Shown in pieces: positions 1-13,500 of a stretch of 64,000 nt of DNA (positions are counted from its first letter, which is position 1; each line of letters opens with the position of its first letter). The stretch covers positions 28,829,504 to 28,893,503 of the forward strand of contig OZ037765.1 of assembly GCA_964035545.1 (NCBI GenBank). The letters are read 5' to 3'. The translations under genes and the position numbers were made by a program. The notes under the pieces were generated by a model that had not been told where the DNA came from, did not search any database, and saw only the letters and a list, made by a program, of their open reading frames with translations. This stretch comes from Bugula neritina. Lineage: Eukaryota > Animalia > Bryozoa.

Positions 1-158
1 CCGATACTGAAAGCTCTAGCAGCAATCACAGAGTTCGGTTAACAAAAATCTCAACATCACGAAATAAAAGTTAGTGTGAATTACCTGCTTCTAAATAACA
101 TCAAAATAATTTTTTTATTCAGTTCTGTAAATAATTTAGAAAAAAACTCTATGTACAG

Positions 159-1183
159 GTACATCTAAGGCTAAGCAAACGCTACCGCAATTTATTTGTG
201 AAACGTTGAAAGATCCAACTTACAACCCTGGCAGCATAAAGTACCTTAATGAGAATGAAGGAGTATTCTTGATTGTCAAGCCGAAACAAATTGCTGAATT
301 ATGGGGCATAGTAAAGGGTAACCCGAGAATGAATTACCCTAGCATGTCAAGGGGTATCAGGTGAGCCATTCGGTGTCTAAAAAGCAAGTGTATGTTTAAA
401 AACTTTTTTCATCCTATACCATTGTTCGGTTTTTAAAGGTTTATAAATAACAAAGAAAACATTGTATGAGTTAGTTTCTTAGGTAAATTAAAAGAGAAGA
501 TAAGATTTCTAGCCATGATTTAACTAGAAATGAATTTCTAATATGATAATGCTTCTGATAAACTTGACCTTTTTCTAAACAAATTTATATAAAATATAGT
601 TGATGAACACTTATTTTTATGAGCTATAGCCTTTCAGTGAAACAGTACAATAGTACAACTAAAATTTTATGATAATTAAAGTTTTAAAATAGTTTCATTA
701 TGAAGTTGGTCATTTTTATATATTTGGTTAAACAAAACGTATTGTTGTAATAACATTAACAATAATAATGAAATTGGTAATGCTCTGTTGGTTTGATAAG
801 CATTATAAGAAAGTGCTGCATGTCTATCTAGACTCTAGACTCTAGATCCAGTAGCAAAGAATTTATAGCTTCAAATACAAGCACTGTAAAAACTTTGTAC
901 AAAAAACAATAATAGCAATTAGTAATGACCATTGAAGGTACTGTTCTAATTCGCTGACATACTATGTAAGTAGTTATTTTTTGTTTTATGAAGCTCATTT
1001 AATTCTAAAATTTAATAAAACTATTAGAGGCAAATGAATTTTTTTATTTCCAGAGAGCGAAGAAAATATGGCTGGTTTGAAGCTGTACCTGCAGATTCAA
1101 AATACCCAAAAAAGTTGACATACAAATGGGGTCCTAGGGCGATGGAGCTCTTGAAATTAAGAATCAAGACTGAGGTCCAGTAG
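159..1183 (+). CDS. 3' end (last two coding exons, 159-360 and 1054-1183) of a divergent ETS-domain transcription factor, ELF/ESE-like; 5' part lies outside the window
   Basis: Canonical AG/GT boundaries and a phase-2 join give ...TLPQFICETLKDPTYNPGSIKYLNENEGVFLIVKPKQIAELWGIVKGNPRMNYPSMSRGIR|ERRKYGWFEAVPADSKYPKKLTYKWGPRAMELLKLRIKTEVQ*. This matches ETS hallmarks (A-x-LWG-x2-K, MNY-x2-MSR-x2-R, L-x-YK-aromatic). Missed by the ORF track. Confidence 0.85.
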
Positions 1184-4100
1184 AGCCTTCAACTTTTTCT
1201 TATGTAAATATATACATTATAGCTTGAAATTACTTTTCTACAGTCTCATGTCTGAGAAGCTCTGAACTAAATAAACTGTCTTTATTTGGCTGTTCATTGT
1301 TTTTCAAAATGCCAACTAAAATTGATCCCGGTTGAAAAGTGTCTTCACATCCACATACAGAATTTGTATCAACTCCACTAAATTTTTTTAAAACTCTACA
1401 CAAGCCCATTAGTGTTTGTTGAAAAAAAGATTTTTTTTTCAACCAATTAGGCTGCTTTCTGCGCAGTCAAGTTGAAGGTGTAGGCTGTACCAGTCAAATC
1501 TGTGTGTGAATAAGCTAGTTACGTAGAGGTTGTAAGCACCCAGTTAACTACCTTTATTTACCATTTCTTACTATCTATTTTATTTTATTATATAATCTTA
1601 TTTTATGTATATATTGTACATAGTATGTTCTATACTCAACAAATTATAGGACTTTTATATTTCGGATTATGATGGCTTCTTCCTTCTTTCTGTGGTCATT
1701 TTAAAACATTCAAAATTAAGCAAACTGCTTTAAAGAATAAGTTTTTAATGGTCATGAATTCAGACGTATCATTGTCTTAATGTGTTGGGTATAATTAGTG
1801 ATCTCAGGTATTGATGAAGATCGCATGAGTTGCAGTTGGTGAGATTCTCATTAACTGCACCTTGTATTGGTAGCCTCTATGAGGCGCTTTGCCCAGCTAA
1901 CTTTTACTAGCTAACCCTAGTTTTTAACCTGCTATTGTCACTTAATTTATGAACGATAATAAAAGTTATTGAAGTTGACAGATCTGCAAAAAAGATTTTA
2001 TTCATAATAGATAATAGAATCTTTTGTTATATAATCAAATGAGTTAGAAAATTAAATAAGGTATATCAATTGATATATTTTATTATTGTGGCACTGTGGA
2101 TCACATCACTGGCTAAGTATCCTGGCTTGTAAATAATCTCGTAACATCACAGTCTTGTGAAAAGCAATGAGCAGCCAGATATATGCATTGATTGTTTTTA
2201 TTATATTTTTAGTGATACAGTAGATTATTGCTTTATTTTGGAATCTGTAAATTTTTATGCCATTTATACCATGGATATTGAAATGTTGATATTTAGAGAG
2301 TACATTCTAATCTGTAAATTGGTCTCTCTATTTTATTTTAAAATTTTTTTAGCTGCACAACAGCCCATATACTGTATTGCCCTGTACTAGATCCAAGCAA
2401 TTGCTGAGAAAATGTATATTGCTTGTTTATTTTATGTAAATTTCACTTGGGTATATTATTTTTGTGTGTATAAATACACTGAATTGCCTAAACAAACCAA
2501 CTCTTCCATTGTATTTGTTTAAAGTTCGTCAAGCAGTCAACAAAATTTGGTAAAGATTTGGAACTGACTAAATTCAACATAGTAGTAATTAGTTGAAAAA
2601 GTTCATGAGTTTAAGAAAAGAAAAATTTAAAGTGGAAATGCATGCAATGTTTGCAAATGGAGTCAAATTTTACTTTTTTAATAATATATAAGTAAGGTTA
2701 TTAATTAGAGTAAATCATTTTACTTCAGCTGAATAGAGAACTGTTCTCATTACTCCCTTAACATTCGCCCTGAATATACTACACATATTTCATTATACAC
2801 GTTTTTATTATATATATAATTTGTATACACACAATTCAAATCGTGCCTGTGTGTACAGTGCACATGCCCTTACAATGTACAAATTAGGTGACATAATTAT
2901 CAAAATATTCCATTTATTAGCACTAAGTTCACAGTTAATTTGCAGCTATTTCATTAGACAAAAACAAGAGGTAAAAAGTTTCCCTGTTGTGTTTCTGTTT
3001 ACTAAATACCAAGTTTCTTAACCTGCCAGCTTGCACAGAAAACAAATGACAATTACTCAGGAAGATTAGAAATTGCAATGTATTTACATTGCTAACATAC
3101 ACATAGTTTTACAATGTAGTGTAAACACTGGCTCTATTCATTTGACGTAACTTATGGAGCTATGACAGGCTCAATAAACAGAGTGCAACTTGCAAGAGCA
3201 ATGCAAGCTATACACAATTCAGTTAAAATTTTATGATTATTAATTTTTCTGTAGTATATAGTACTTTAGGCTCAAATATAAAAAATAAGTTTTTAAATAA
3301 AATCAGCCATTAAAAATATTAAGGATGTTGGGAGTACAAATTAGGCATGCATGGGAGACAATATTGTACAGGCTGGATGCCTTCCACATTCTATATGGAG
3401 GCTATGTGAAGTTAAGTGAGCTCTCCAATCATTAGAACTGCACCAGCCAAGTTGAGTCTAATTTGTTAAAGAAATAAAATCCCATGCAAACAAGCTGTAT
3501 TGTTAGCCATCTTGCTACTCCACATTAAAGTACCTGGACTGCTATTTAAATACTAGAACTATGCAATCTTTAGTAGACACTGTTGAAAAGCAAATGCCTC
3601 CTTGTGCATGTCTAACATACTCCAATACTTGTGTATTAGGTCTAGTATCTGCACCGCTGTGCAGGTACTGATGTTTAGGCATTTTATTAATTTGATCAGT
3701 AAAATCTATTGCACTTTTCAGGTTAGTATATGTTACAAAGCAAATAAAATAATTCAACCTTGGAATTTTAAAACCTATTACAAGGAGCCCCAGCTCAAGA
3801 GCAGAAACAATGGTATATTTAATAACAGAGTATATTGCTAACCATTGACTTGTTGGACAATATTTACTAAACAACAGAAAAATGTTATACTTGTACTATA
3901 ACACTGTATGGTAAACAGTCATATAATATACATACTATTAATGAAATACGTTTCAGTCACAAATACAGTGAAGTAATGAATCAGACAGATAATTCATCTA
4001 CACATCTGAATGCTAATAACATACATTTTGATAAAATAATTCCACAAATATTAGGAAATAATCTTTAGCTCAGTTCTCAGCTCTGAGTAATAAATAAGTT

Positions 4101-4550
4101 TGGCCTATGCCACTGCCCCATTTAGTGCTAAATACACATGCTAGACTGGAAAAATTCAATGTTTCTGGTATGCTTTATTTAAAATGTGCATTGCAAACAA
4201 ACTCTTGAATCGTGACAATACAGAAAAGAAGTTCAAAATACATTTTAATAATTAAAAGAAACTTCCCGGTGAAATGAGATAGAGCAAGCAAAGTATCTCA
4301 ACCAGTGGAATAAAAATAGAGCTCATGACAAATATTGGTTCAGCTCCTGTAAGTCCATAACTTCCTGGTGCACTGAAATTGGTTGTAGGCCCCTGATGTA
4401 TGAGGGCCAACGAATCAACATCATGATATTACACAACAGGTCCATATTTTACCAGTTCTGTGAGGGCATGAGAGTCCAAAGACAACACTTAACAGTTAGA
4501 TGCACATGTTATAACACTTGGAGTAGGATGTATCAGTAGTTGATGGTATA

Positions 4551-7500
4551 TCAGAATTGCGACTCGAGAAGTTCACAGAATGCTTTAGATGCCAACTCCT
4601 TGGTAGATCGAACGGTGAGGCGGTACATCTGAATAAGTAAGAACATGTATACATACACAGCTTGATACACAGTTCTACACTACAACACACAGTTCTACAC
4701 TACAACGCACAGTTCTACAGTGCACCACACAGTTCTACAGTGCACCACACAGTTCTACAGTGCAACGCACAGTTCTACAGTGCAACACACAGTTCTACAC
4801 TGCAACACAGAGCACCACAGTGCAACAAATAGCTCTACAGTGCAACACAGAACTCTACGTGTAGTGTACTGCAACGCAGCTGTGAACTATTGGATACTTC
4901 ATAATAGGCTGTACTATAGTTAACACTGCACAAGAAATACTTTTGGCAAGTTTAAAAATTATTGCAGATTACAAATTCTAGTTAGCAGTTATCTCATTTA
5001 TTGAACACACTTCTACATTATCTGAAGTAGCAACAGGTGTAAGAGTATGCCTACCTCAGCCTGAATGTTCGGCTCTAGTCTAAGAAGACAGCCAATTTGC
5101 TGAGCTCTAGTGTGTATAATGGCAGCAGCTACGTAGTTATCCGGGTTTGGGTCTATGCTATCAATAGCACCCACTCCAAAACCTATCAGCTTCTGTGTAA
5201 TGGCTGCTTTATCTATAGGCTGTGTGGCTTTAAATATCTTCTGACATTCTTGTTGATTTCTTAAAAATTATACAATAGAATAGCAGGTGTCACTTTCATG
5301 ACCACAAGCTAACTTTTTACCTACACTGAATTCATAGCAAGAGTATTGGAAACCCTGAAATTATACGTTATGTTTTTTGAAAAAAAAAGCTAAACTAATA
5401 AACATCCATCATCATTTATTTAGCTGCTGGTAATGATACTTACTGATTCAGCTGCTTCCACCTCTGGAAGAAAGTTGCAGAATCCATAACTGTAGACTCT
5501 GAAAACTTGGACAGCATGACTGGAAGTTTGATGCTGAAATTATGCATATTTCCTGAAAGAATAAACTGAACTTGAAGCACTGGAGCCTCGCTGAATTCTG
5601 TGAGACACTCGAAATTGATGAGCTGCTGGAGCTGGCCATTGTTCTCTATAACTGACTCTACTGGTTGCACCTTCAAAATTCAACAAAGCAGTGAGACTGT
5701 GTTTGTGTTAGTTATAGTGATGACGCATTACTAGTAACATTGCATTATTAGAACTTTATAATTTAATATTAGTTGTAATACAAATTACATCTAATACTGC
5801 AATATTAGTTATAATGTAACATTACTAATAATGCACTATTAGTTACAATTTGCATTTCAACTAATATTACATTATAACTAGTAATGCATTATTAGTTATG
5901 ATGCATTATTAGTGGGAATGGGCGTCAATTGCTATGATGATAATACAATTGTTTCCTGTTTACTAGTAGAAAACTGCTGCAGTAGATATATGTTCAAGTA
6001 GCAGCAAGCTAGAAAAGAATAATAGCGACTTGTGAGTTATAGATTGAGCAATGTGAACAAGCCATATGTTGAAATATCGACATACTAAAGTGGGTAATAC
6101 TAGCACTATAAAGCTGCATAGATTTACTTTCTATGTGCCTTTTGGACGGAGTATTCTTGCTATTAAAGTTTGATGGTGAAATTGTGCAGACAAAAGGATA
6201 AGGAAAAGGAATACAATTACATTGATAAGAAATCACTGCCTCGACAGATCACACAATTGAGAAAATTAGACAATAACTATTCTATTGAAGGGTGACACAG
6301 CAAAATCATTCTGTATAGCTAACTACATTAGTGACAGCAAATTAAGTTCCATAATATAAGAGGGCAAGGCTGTCCCAAGACTCCATTGTGTAAAGTTGAA
6401 TGGTGCCCTTTTGTTTTCTTACATAGCAGCAAATATTTTTGTAATTTATAAACCACGTTTCACGCTGTTTAGGAATACAGAAACTCCCAGATAATGGTGT
6501 GGTGCCCGAAGTACCTGGACATGCAGTGCCGTATCGAGGTTTCCCCCTGTAACCACTGTAGCATTGAACCCTATTATTTGGAATGTGGTCTTGTTGCCGT
6601 AGAAAACCATAAGCCGGCCATAGTTCCTCTTGTACTCCGACTTCACCCCTATTTGCATCATGTCATTCTCGAGTAGCACACCTGAGTTCTTAAACACAAA
6701 CCTGCAACGCAAGTCAGCATTTCAACAGACAAATAGTGGCAGCAATTAGACTAAAAAGAAACTGCCTGGCAGCAAGTACTTTCAGGTTATCACCAGTCAT
6801 CATCGGCACTGTCAGCATGTCTTAGGCAGCTGCGCAAACACAACGTCCCACAATACTGTGTATCTGCAGCCATTTGCTTGTTTGCCTCACTTTGGGAAGC
6901 TTTCATCACAAAATGAAGCAGCAATTTCACTGAATGCATTACATTGAAGGCACAGCATAATAGCTACTAGTCAAGTTTTAAATCTGTGAAAAAGTTTAAA
7001 ACACACAATCCTAAGACAACATTGCTTTTGTAATCACGCCGCACAAGCAGTAGTCATACTAGCTGCGTACTAGTTCATGAGAAATGTAAATATTATTATA
7101 GTTGACATGTATTACTTGTTGAAGCCTTCATCAGCGCTTATAGTGTGTATTCCATTCTGTTTGAAAGTTTGGCCAGCGGCTTGTGTTGCCTCAAACACGT
7201 CGATAAGGACTGAGTTTGCAGAAGGGGGAGTTGGGTTGGTGGCAGGCGTAGACAGACCCAACAAGTCAGCTGCCTGTTGCTACAAGAAGTGACAGCAAAT
7301 AAACATGACTCACAACACAGGTGCACGGGTAACCTGAAGCTACATACTTATAACTTTAATAGCCAAACTCACACTTCAACAAGCTGGTATCTCCCCCCAG
7401 TTAGGTACTTGAAGCTGCATGCTGGAGCAGTAATACCTGATAAGACTCAACTCGGTGTTCACTATTGTTATCTTATTACCTCATCAAAAGGCTTTTAATG

Positions 7501-10500
7501 GTTTCAACTTTTTAATGTGAAGCTTTTCATAATTTCTTTCAGGTAAATTGAATAGCAATAAGTTGCGATGAGTCATCCATCAACACTTATCAATAAGGCA
7601 GTCTTAACTCAGCCTTTACATACTGAATGAAGGTCACTATTACGGAGCAATTTCAAATATCAGGAAACATTTTCCTTGTTCTGGGAATATCAGCCACTAA
7701 TCACGAGGCTTTACAAAAGTAAGTAAATAAGCAAATAATGTGCCGGAGCTGCACATTCATTGGCTAGCTATTCACCAATAGAATTCGAAGCTGATTTTAG
7801 AATCAATGCTGCAAATAATACAATTAAAATATACAATAACACCACATTAATACCACTTTTACAAGTCATGGAGTTCAAATATGCCGCACATCAGCTGCAG
7901 GCAAGTAGAACAGTTAATGTGTGTGGCATGGCTAGATTCCAAATATATTTTACAGCTGTTTGACCCTAAGAGGTCATACAATAGAGTGCTTACTTCAGGA
8001 GGTTTAGACTCTGTCTCTGTTGGTAGAGGTAGACTACTGATCTGAGCTGCTGGCATCTTAGAAGCTTGAGAAGGTTTGATGTCGCCCCCTTCTATAGCCT
8101 CCGGTTTCTTCTTCTTTAATTTGGCTAATATTGAAGATTCACGCTCTGGGAATGGTGGCATCTCTTCTAGCACAGTGGCCTATTCAAATCAAAGCAGTCA
8201 CTCATCACTGGGTGCACCACAGTGATCTACATTTCCTAAATTTGTAGCTAATGAATGTTAATTGTATTAACTTATAGCAAATGGTGTGATAACACAAGGG
8301 ACATACCAGAACATCAGTGGAGGCCACGCTAGTCAGTCTCAGATACTCTATTGCTCTCTGCTGAATTTCTACATCTGCATTCTGTGACTGATTGTTACCA
8401 GAAAACACCTAAAATCAGCACACAAGTGTGTATTCTTAAATATAGTTAGAGTCAGCATGTCTCCACTCTGTGCAAGGCCACCTTGTCAGTGATAGTGTAA
8501 GCATGTCTTTACTCTCTACAAGGCCACCTTGTCAGTGAGTCAGCATGTCTCTACTCTGTGCAAGGTCACCTTGTCAGGGATAGCTTGGCCTAGAGTCTAG
8601 ACTCTAGAGTGTAAAATGTTACTGAATAGACACCACCAGTATTTCAACATTTGGTAAAGTAAAGTTGCAAGGGACAACTCTAGAAATAGAAATTATTTTA
8701 CCGGTTGAATAAAAAAATCAAGAATGAAAAAACATTTAAAATTTGATAACCAAACACAAAATGGTTCCCTTCACATGGCTATGTTCTGATGTTCGAAGTT
8801 CATTTTTGTGCAGATAAGTTATCAAACAATAGCTAAATAAAGTCCCAGTAGCCCTGCACTATTATTATATAGGCCTACTACTATACACATTCCCATGGCA
8901 AACTTTTCACACTGATAATTGATATCAAAGATCTATTTTGTCCTTGAATACTTTTGATAAACAGTTTTTTATTGTTTGCAGGCTGCGCTCTAAAAAGAAA
9001 GTCCAAAAAATTAAGAAAAATAATAACCACAGTCTCTCAAGTTTGAGTAATAACTTAGCTATTAGTTCAGGCAAAATCATTAAAAAACAGCGGATTAGAA
9101 ATCAAGTACCAGGAAAAATTAGAAACTTAATATAAAATTTCCTATCCAGCAGAATCAAACTCCTTCAAATGAGAATTAATAAAGGTCTGCAATTACACCC
9201 GGACAAAACAAATCTAAATTAATCACAAAACTCACAATCGAAACTAAATGCAACTGACATAATATTATAGTGATAATATTACATAACTCTACACGTCAAC
9301 ATAAACCAGGTAGTCCAAGGATACATGTTGCATAAATGAAACTTTTTAAATACATTTAAATATAATATATCGGTATACCATTATAAAAGATCTTTTGCTA
9401 TATATTTATAGTTATTAACTGCACTCTTATTTTATATTCTAAGGCACGGGAATTCAGTATTTAGCGTCAATTGGGACTTTACCACTTGAACCACCAAAGC
9501 TGCAGGGTTGGTCAGATTATGTTTTAGTTTTCAATGATTATTGGAAAGTTTACGTAATGAATATTAAAAGCACCATACTAAATACTTTTTTGAAATAATA
9601 AATTTCCCTTTTAATTACCCAAGAAAATTTATAAGTTGCATTACACATTGTTTCAGCTATAGTGCAATGTCCAATTTTAAATAACTACTATTTAAACAAT
9701 CATTTAAAGCGTTGAAAAGGTGCATGATATGTGTGCATGTTTAGCTCGACTATCTTATCTCAAACAGTTATAAGTAACCAGTTTGAAATGGACTGGTCTA
9801 AAAAAGACAAACATTTTCATTATCAGATCTTACATCAATGAATAAATCTCAGCCCTCCATTTTCTCAAGATAAACTATAAAATATTATAATGGTCAGGTA
9901 CTGGTGACTGATAATGAGATGTGGTTGCACTTAGTTGCTGCTAGCTCTTTTAAATTAGGAATAAATAAAGTCATTTTAGTCACCCTGACTGCAGCCACCA
10001 AACAAAATGGCCCAGAGAAGGGTTTACAAATAAACTATTAAAAAAGCAAATTTCTAAGCCTTAAGGCAACACTAGTCCTTTAAAAGATCTTTTATAATAG
10101 ATAACATATAGCAAGCTATTCCTTGTTTCTAATACGCAAACTACCCTAGGCTACCAATTTACAAATACCCACCAGTCCTGTACTGAATTCGTAGTACTAC
10201 ATCCAAATTGTTCCTACTCGCAACCAAAGTAGCATAATTTTGGCACAATTTTTATTGCAAAACCACGGCCTAAAAATCAAGTGTAAGAATAGCCAAAACG
10301 GATTCTAATTTAGCCTAGCGCTTTTTAATATCTTTCTGCCAAAAACAAAAACTAGTCCATAAGCATTTTTTCACCTAGTTGCAGCAATGGGATTTACGAC
10401 ATAAGTTATGATGCATTTCCTTCTAGTCCATGCAATATTTAAAAGAGTGAATGAGTCAACATTCACTTTATTGCAGCATATAGGCAATTACGAAGCTGTA

Positions 10501-13500
10501 AAAGAAAATGACAGAAAAATAAAATTAGAGAAAATTGAAATTAATGACATTTTGCACATTTCAAACTCATTCAACTATCTCAGTGCCCCATATGCCAGTT
10601 CACACTACAGCTCACAAAATTTACTGAGATAAATTATAAAATTTTGTCTTAGGGAATAAATTCTCAATTAATCAATTAGAAACTTTGAAACAAGTGGTAC
10701 AACTCCCACAAAACAGCCAATAAAATAGAGTCACAGCTGAATGCACAAATAGAATATCAAAATCGAAGAGCAATGAAGTAACAAAAGATGGACAAATGGC
10801 TCATAATTGTATATAACTTTTACTGGCTGCCAGGTTTACCAGATATTGAAACACCACAATGCTCAAAATCTAATGTTTCATAACTTTCCACCATAAGTGC
10901 TCTATATGTAAACATTGTTTTATACATTTGAATAAACCTGATCACCTCAGGACTACATAAGTAGCTTTCAATATGTAAAGGCCCTCGGTGGCTGAATTTT
11001 TCATCAGTATGTTTTTAAACTGCCATAAATAACTTTGACGTGTTGTAAACAGCTCAAGATTATGTAAACCACAGGGTTAAATTTCTTAAGAAAATCAAGA
11101 GCTACTTACTAAGGCTATCAGACATCTCAATAATTCATATGTTTACAGACAGAATAAACAAACCTTGAAATATCTTAATAGTACAAGTGTGATGGGCTGC
11201 GACTGTACTAACTGCAAATACTGATGAAATAATTCTCTATTGCTACTCATGGAAAGAGACTTGAGAAAGTAGTTTTTAGTTGTTATGCATAGATGCAACC
11301 CAGCAGCTCAGTTATTTTATAGTTTAATGAAGTATAACAACAACATTTTCTAATAACATATTTGTCCAGCGCCAGAAGTGGCTGTGGCTAAAACTGAAGC
11401 TTGTAGGTATTAGAAAAATGTTGAACGATTATAATACTAATTATTTGTGAAAATCACCGTAATTACTAGTCAGATGAGAAACTCTAGCAACTGAGACGTT
11501 CTTTCGGGTGGCAAAACAAGAGCTCTATCAATTTTTATAGTAAACCACTGGTTGCTTTCCAGATTAATTTTGAGTTTATGTTTGAAAACAATTGAAAGCT
11601 ACCTACTAGAATTTTTTGTGATTTTTCAAGTTACAATCAGAAACTAGCTGTTGGCCTCATACTAACCCAACAAAACAAACCATACTGACTGAAACTCCAT
11701 CAACATTTCAATTCTCTGCTAGTACGATCATCTTGAATATAAATGATTCAACAATTCCAGACTAAAATAGCTACTGGTCATCAGTTCATATTTCAGAAGA
11801 AAATATAAAACCTAAATTTGATTAGAAATCATTAGATCAAAACAAGGAAATAGAACGAGACATTGTTTTTCCACACCATGGCGTCATTATAATAAAATTT
11901 ACTGCCCGTTGCAAAAGTCACTGAGCAAAACTCTTTTGAAAATTGCCTATTGAGTGGACATACTACACTCTGGGAACATAACCCAGTAGGAAGTATGCTG
12001 AAGCCATTCATTTCAACCCACAGCGCAACTTATTAGCGTTCTTTTCAATTTAAAATTCTAATGGTTCATTACTTGAAATGAAAAGATAGTAAAAATACAG
12101 GTCCATTCTAAGGCGAATAGCAAGAGTTTACCTTCATTTTCATAAAAAAAGTCGGCTTAAATTTGGCTTACTACTAAACCGGAACTCAGTGACAACATAA
12201 TGACAACCAAATCAAATACTACATCCGGATTAAGGTTAATAAGAAGTAAAAAGGGTGATGCCTAGAGTGGGGTCAAGGTTCATTACAAAGCTGTAGAAGT
12301 TGCTGGAAGGACTAAATTCATCATATACCTCATGTAGCTTCTTTAAAACTATACTTTAATCATTATTATTAAGCTTATGCTTTAAATTTTCAATAAATAT
12401 TAATTAAAAGACTTCAACGTTTAATGATAAGATACAGTTTTACAATAAATATAGTTATTAAATAATAAAACAACTGCTGCATGTTGAAACGGCCACCTTG
12501 TATATTCCCCCAAAACAAGTAAAAGTAGTAAAATCACACTGATTAAGGGAGCAGTTCAAGTCATGATTTTAGATAATATAAAAATTTTAAATACGTAAGT
12601 CAATAAGTACTTGGACCAGCTCTGATTTATCTCAAACTATGGCTAATTAGCATATCATAGCAGCTAATAACAGTAATCATAGATAATGTTTGTAAACCTT
12701 CCCTACCTCTTGAATTTGTGCCTTGATCTCAGGAAAGAGGTTAGCAAATTTAACATAAGTAGACAATAGAAGGCCCCTGGTGGCAGCACTGCACAGGTGG
12801 AACTTGGAGTGGAGCAACTCCAATTGTACTGAAGGACTGCAAGAATTAAATGCTCAGTTTTAGTAAATTAAAAGTATGCACGTGTAGCCAACTCCAACAG
12901 CTAGCAACATTACATTATTGCACACTAAAATACAATCAAGAATAAACTTTAAAGTTAGAAAAAATCAAAACAAATAATGTAAAACATTTGCATCGGCCTT
13001 TAAGAAGCTGAGAGAAATATTTTGCTTGGCTTGGGTTTATAATTTCTGATTTGAAACAATTTATTACAGAGTCAGGACCTGCAAATTAAATTGTCTCAAT
13101 ATTAAGTGACTGCCAACACCTGGGATGGTTTCGTAAAGTACATCACAGCTAACCTAGAACGTGGATCACCAGCTATCAGGTTGCCAAACTCTCCCAGTAT
13201 GTAACCTCCAACTTTTACCATGTTTTCATGACAGGCAGGGGCTTGAAGAGCCTAAAACAGATGAAATCCCCAGATAGTGATGATGGGATGATATATAAAT
13301 AGTGCTAACAGAAATGCAAACTATCCCCTCGTAACTATCACAGCTCTTATCACGCAGCCTGTTAATGATGGCATATGCAGAACAAACTGACACGGAGGAG
13401 CCACTTGTTTGTGAGAAAAAATCTTTATTACATAACCAGAGCTAGCCAATTGTTAATCAGAGTTTGCGTTGGGAAACAAACCACTTTCCACAGCCATTCA

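Noticed and set aside
1120-1150. YKWGPRA resembles the MAGE-domain WGPRA motif
   Set aside because: Splicing to the upstream exon shows it is the last strand of an ETS domain; no other MAGE features are present.
4668-4923. 20-bp repeat as a CRISPR array, or ORF 4720-4923 as a gene
   Set aside because: Units are contiguous with no unique spacers, the context is a eukaryotic intron, and the ORF is an artefact of the repeat.
6812-6909. Possible intronic C/D snoRNA on the minus strand (GTGATGA...CTGA)
   Set aside because: Only a 2-bp terminal stem and about 7 nt of apparent rRNA complementarity; expected by chance.
8592-8609. Perfect 18-bp palindrome CTAGAGTCTAGACTCTAG, with a related (TCTAGAC)n run near 827-846
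   Set aside because: Isolated, with no partner end or TSD; no function can be supported.
8620-12700. 4.3-kb AP2A intron as host of a nested gene or transposon
   Set aside because: No recognisable coding remnant, TIR pair or TSD found by eye; the short ORFs are low-complexity.
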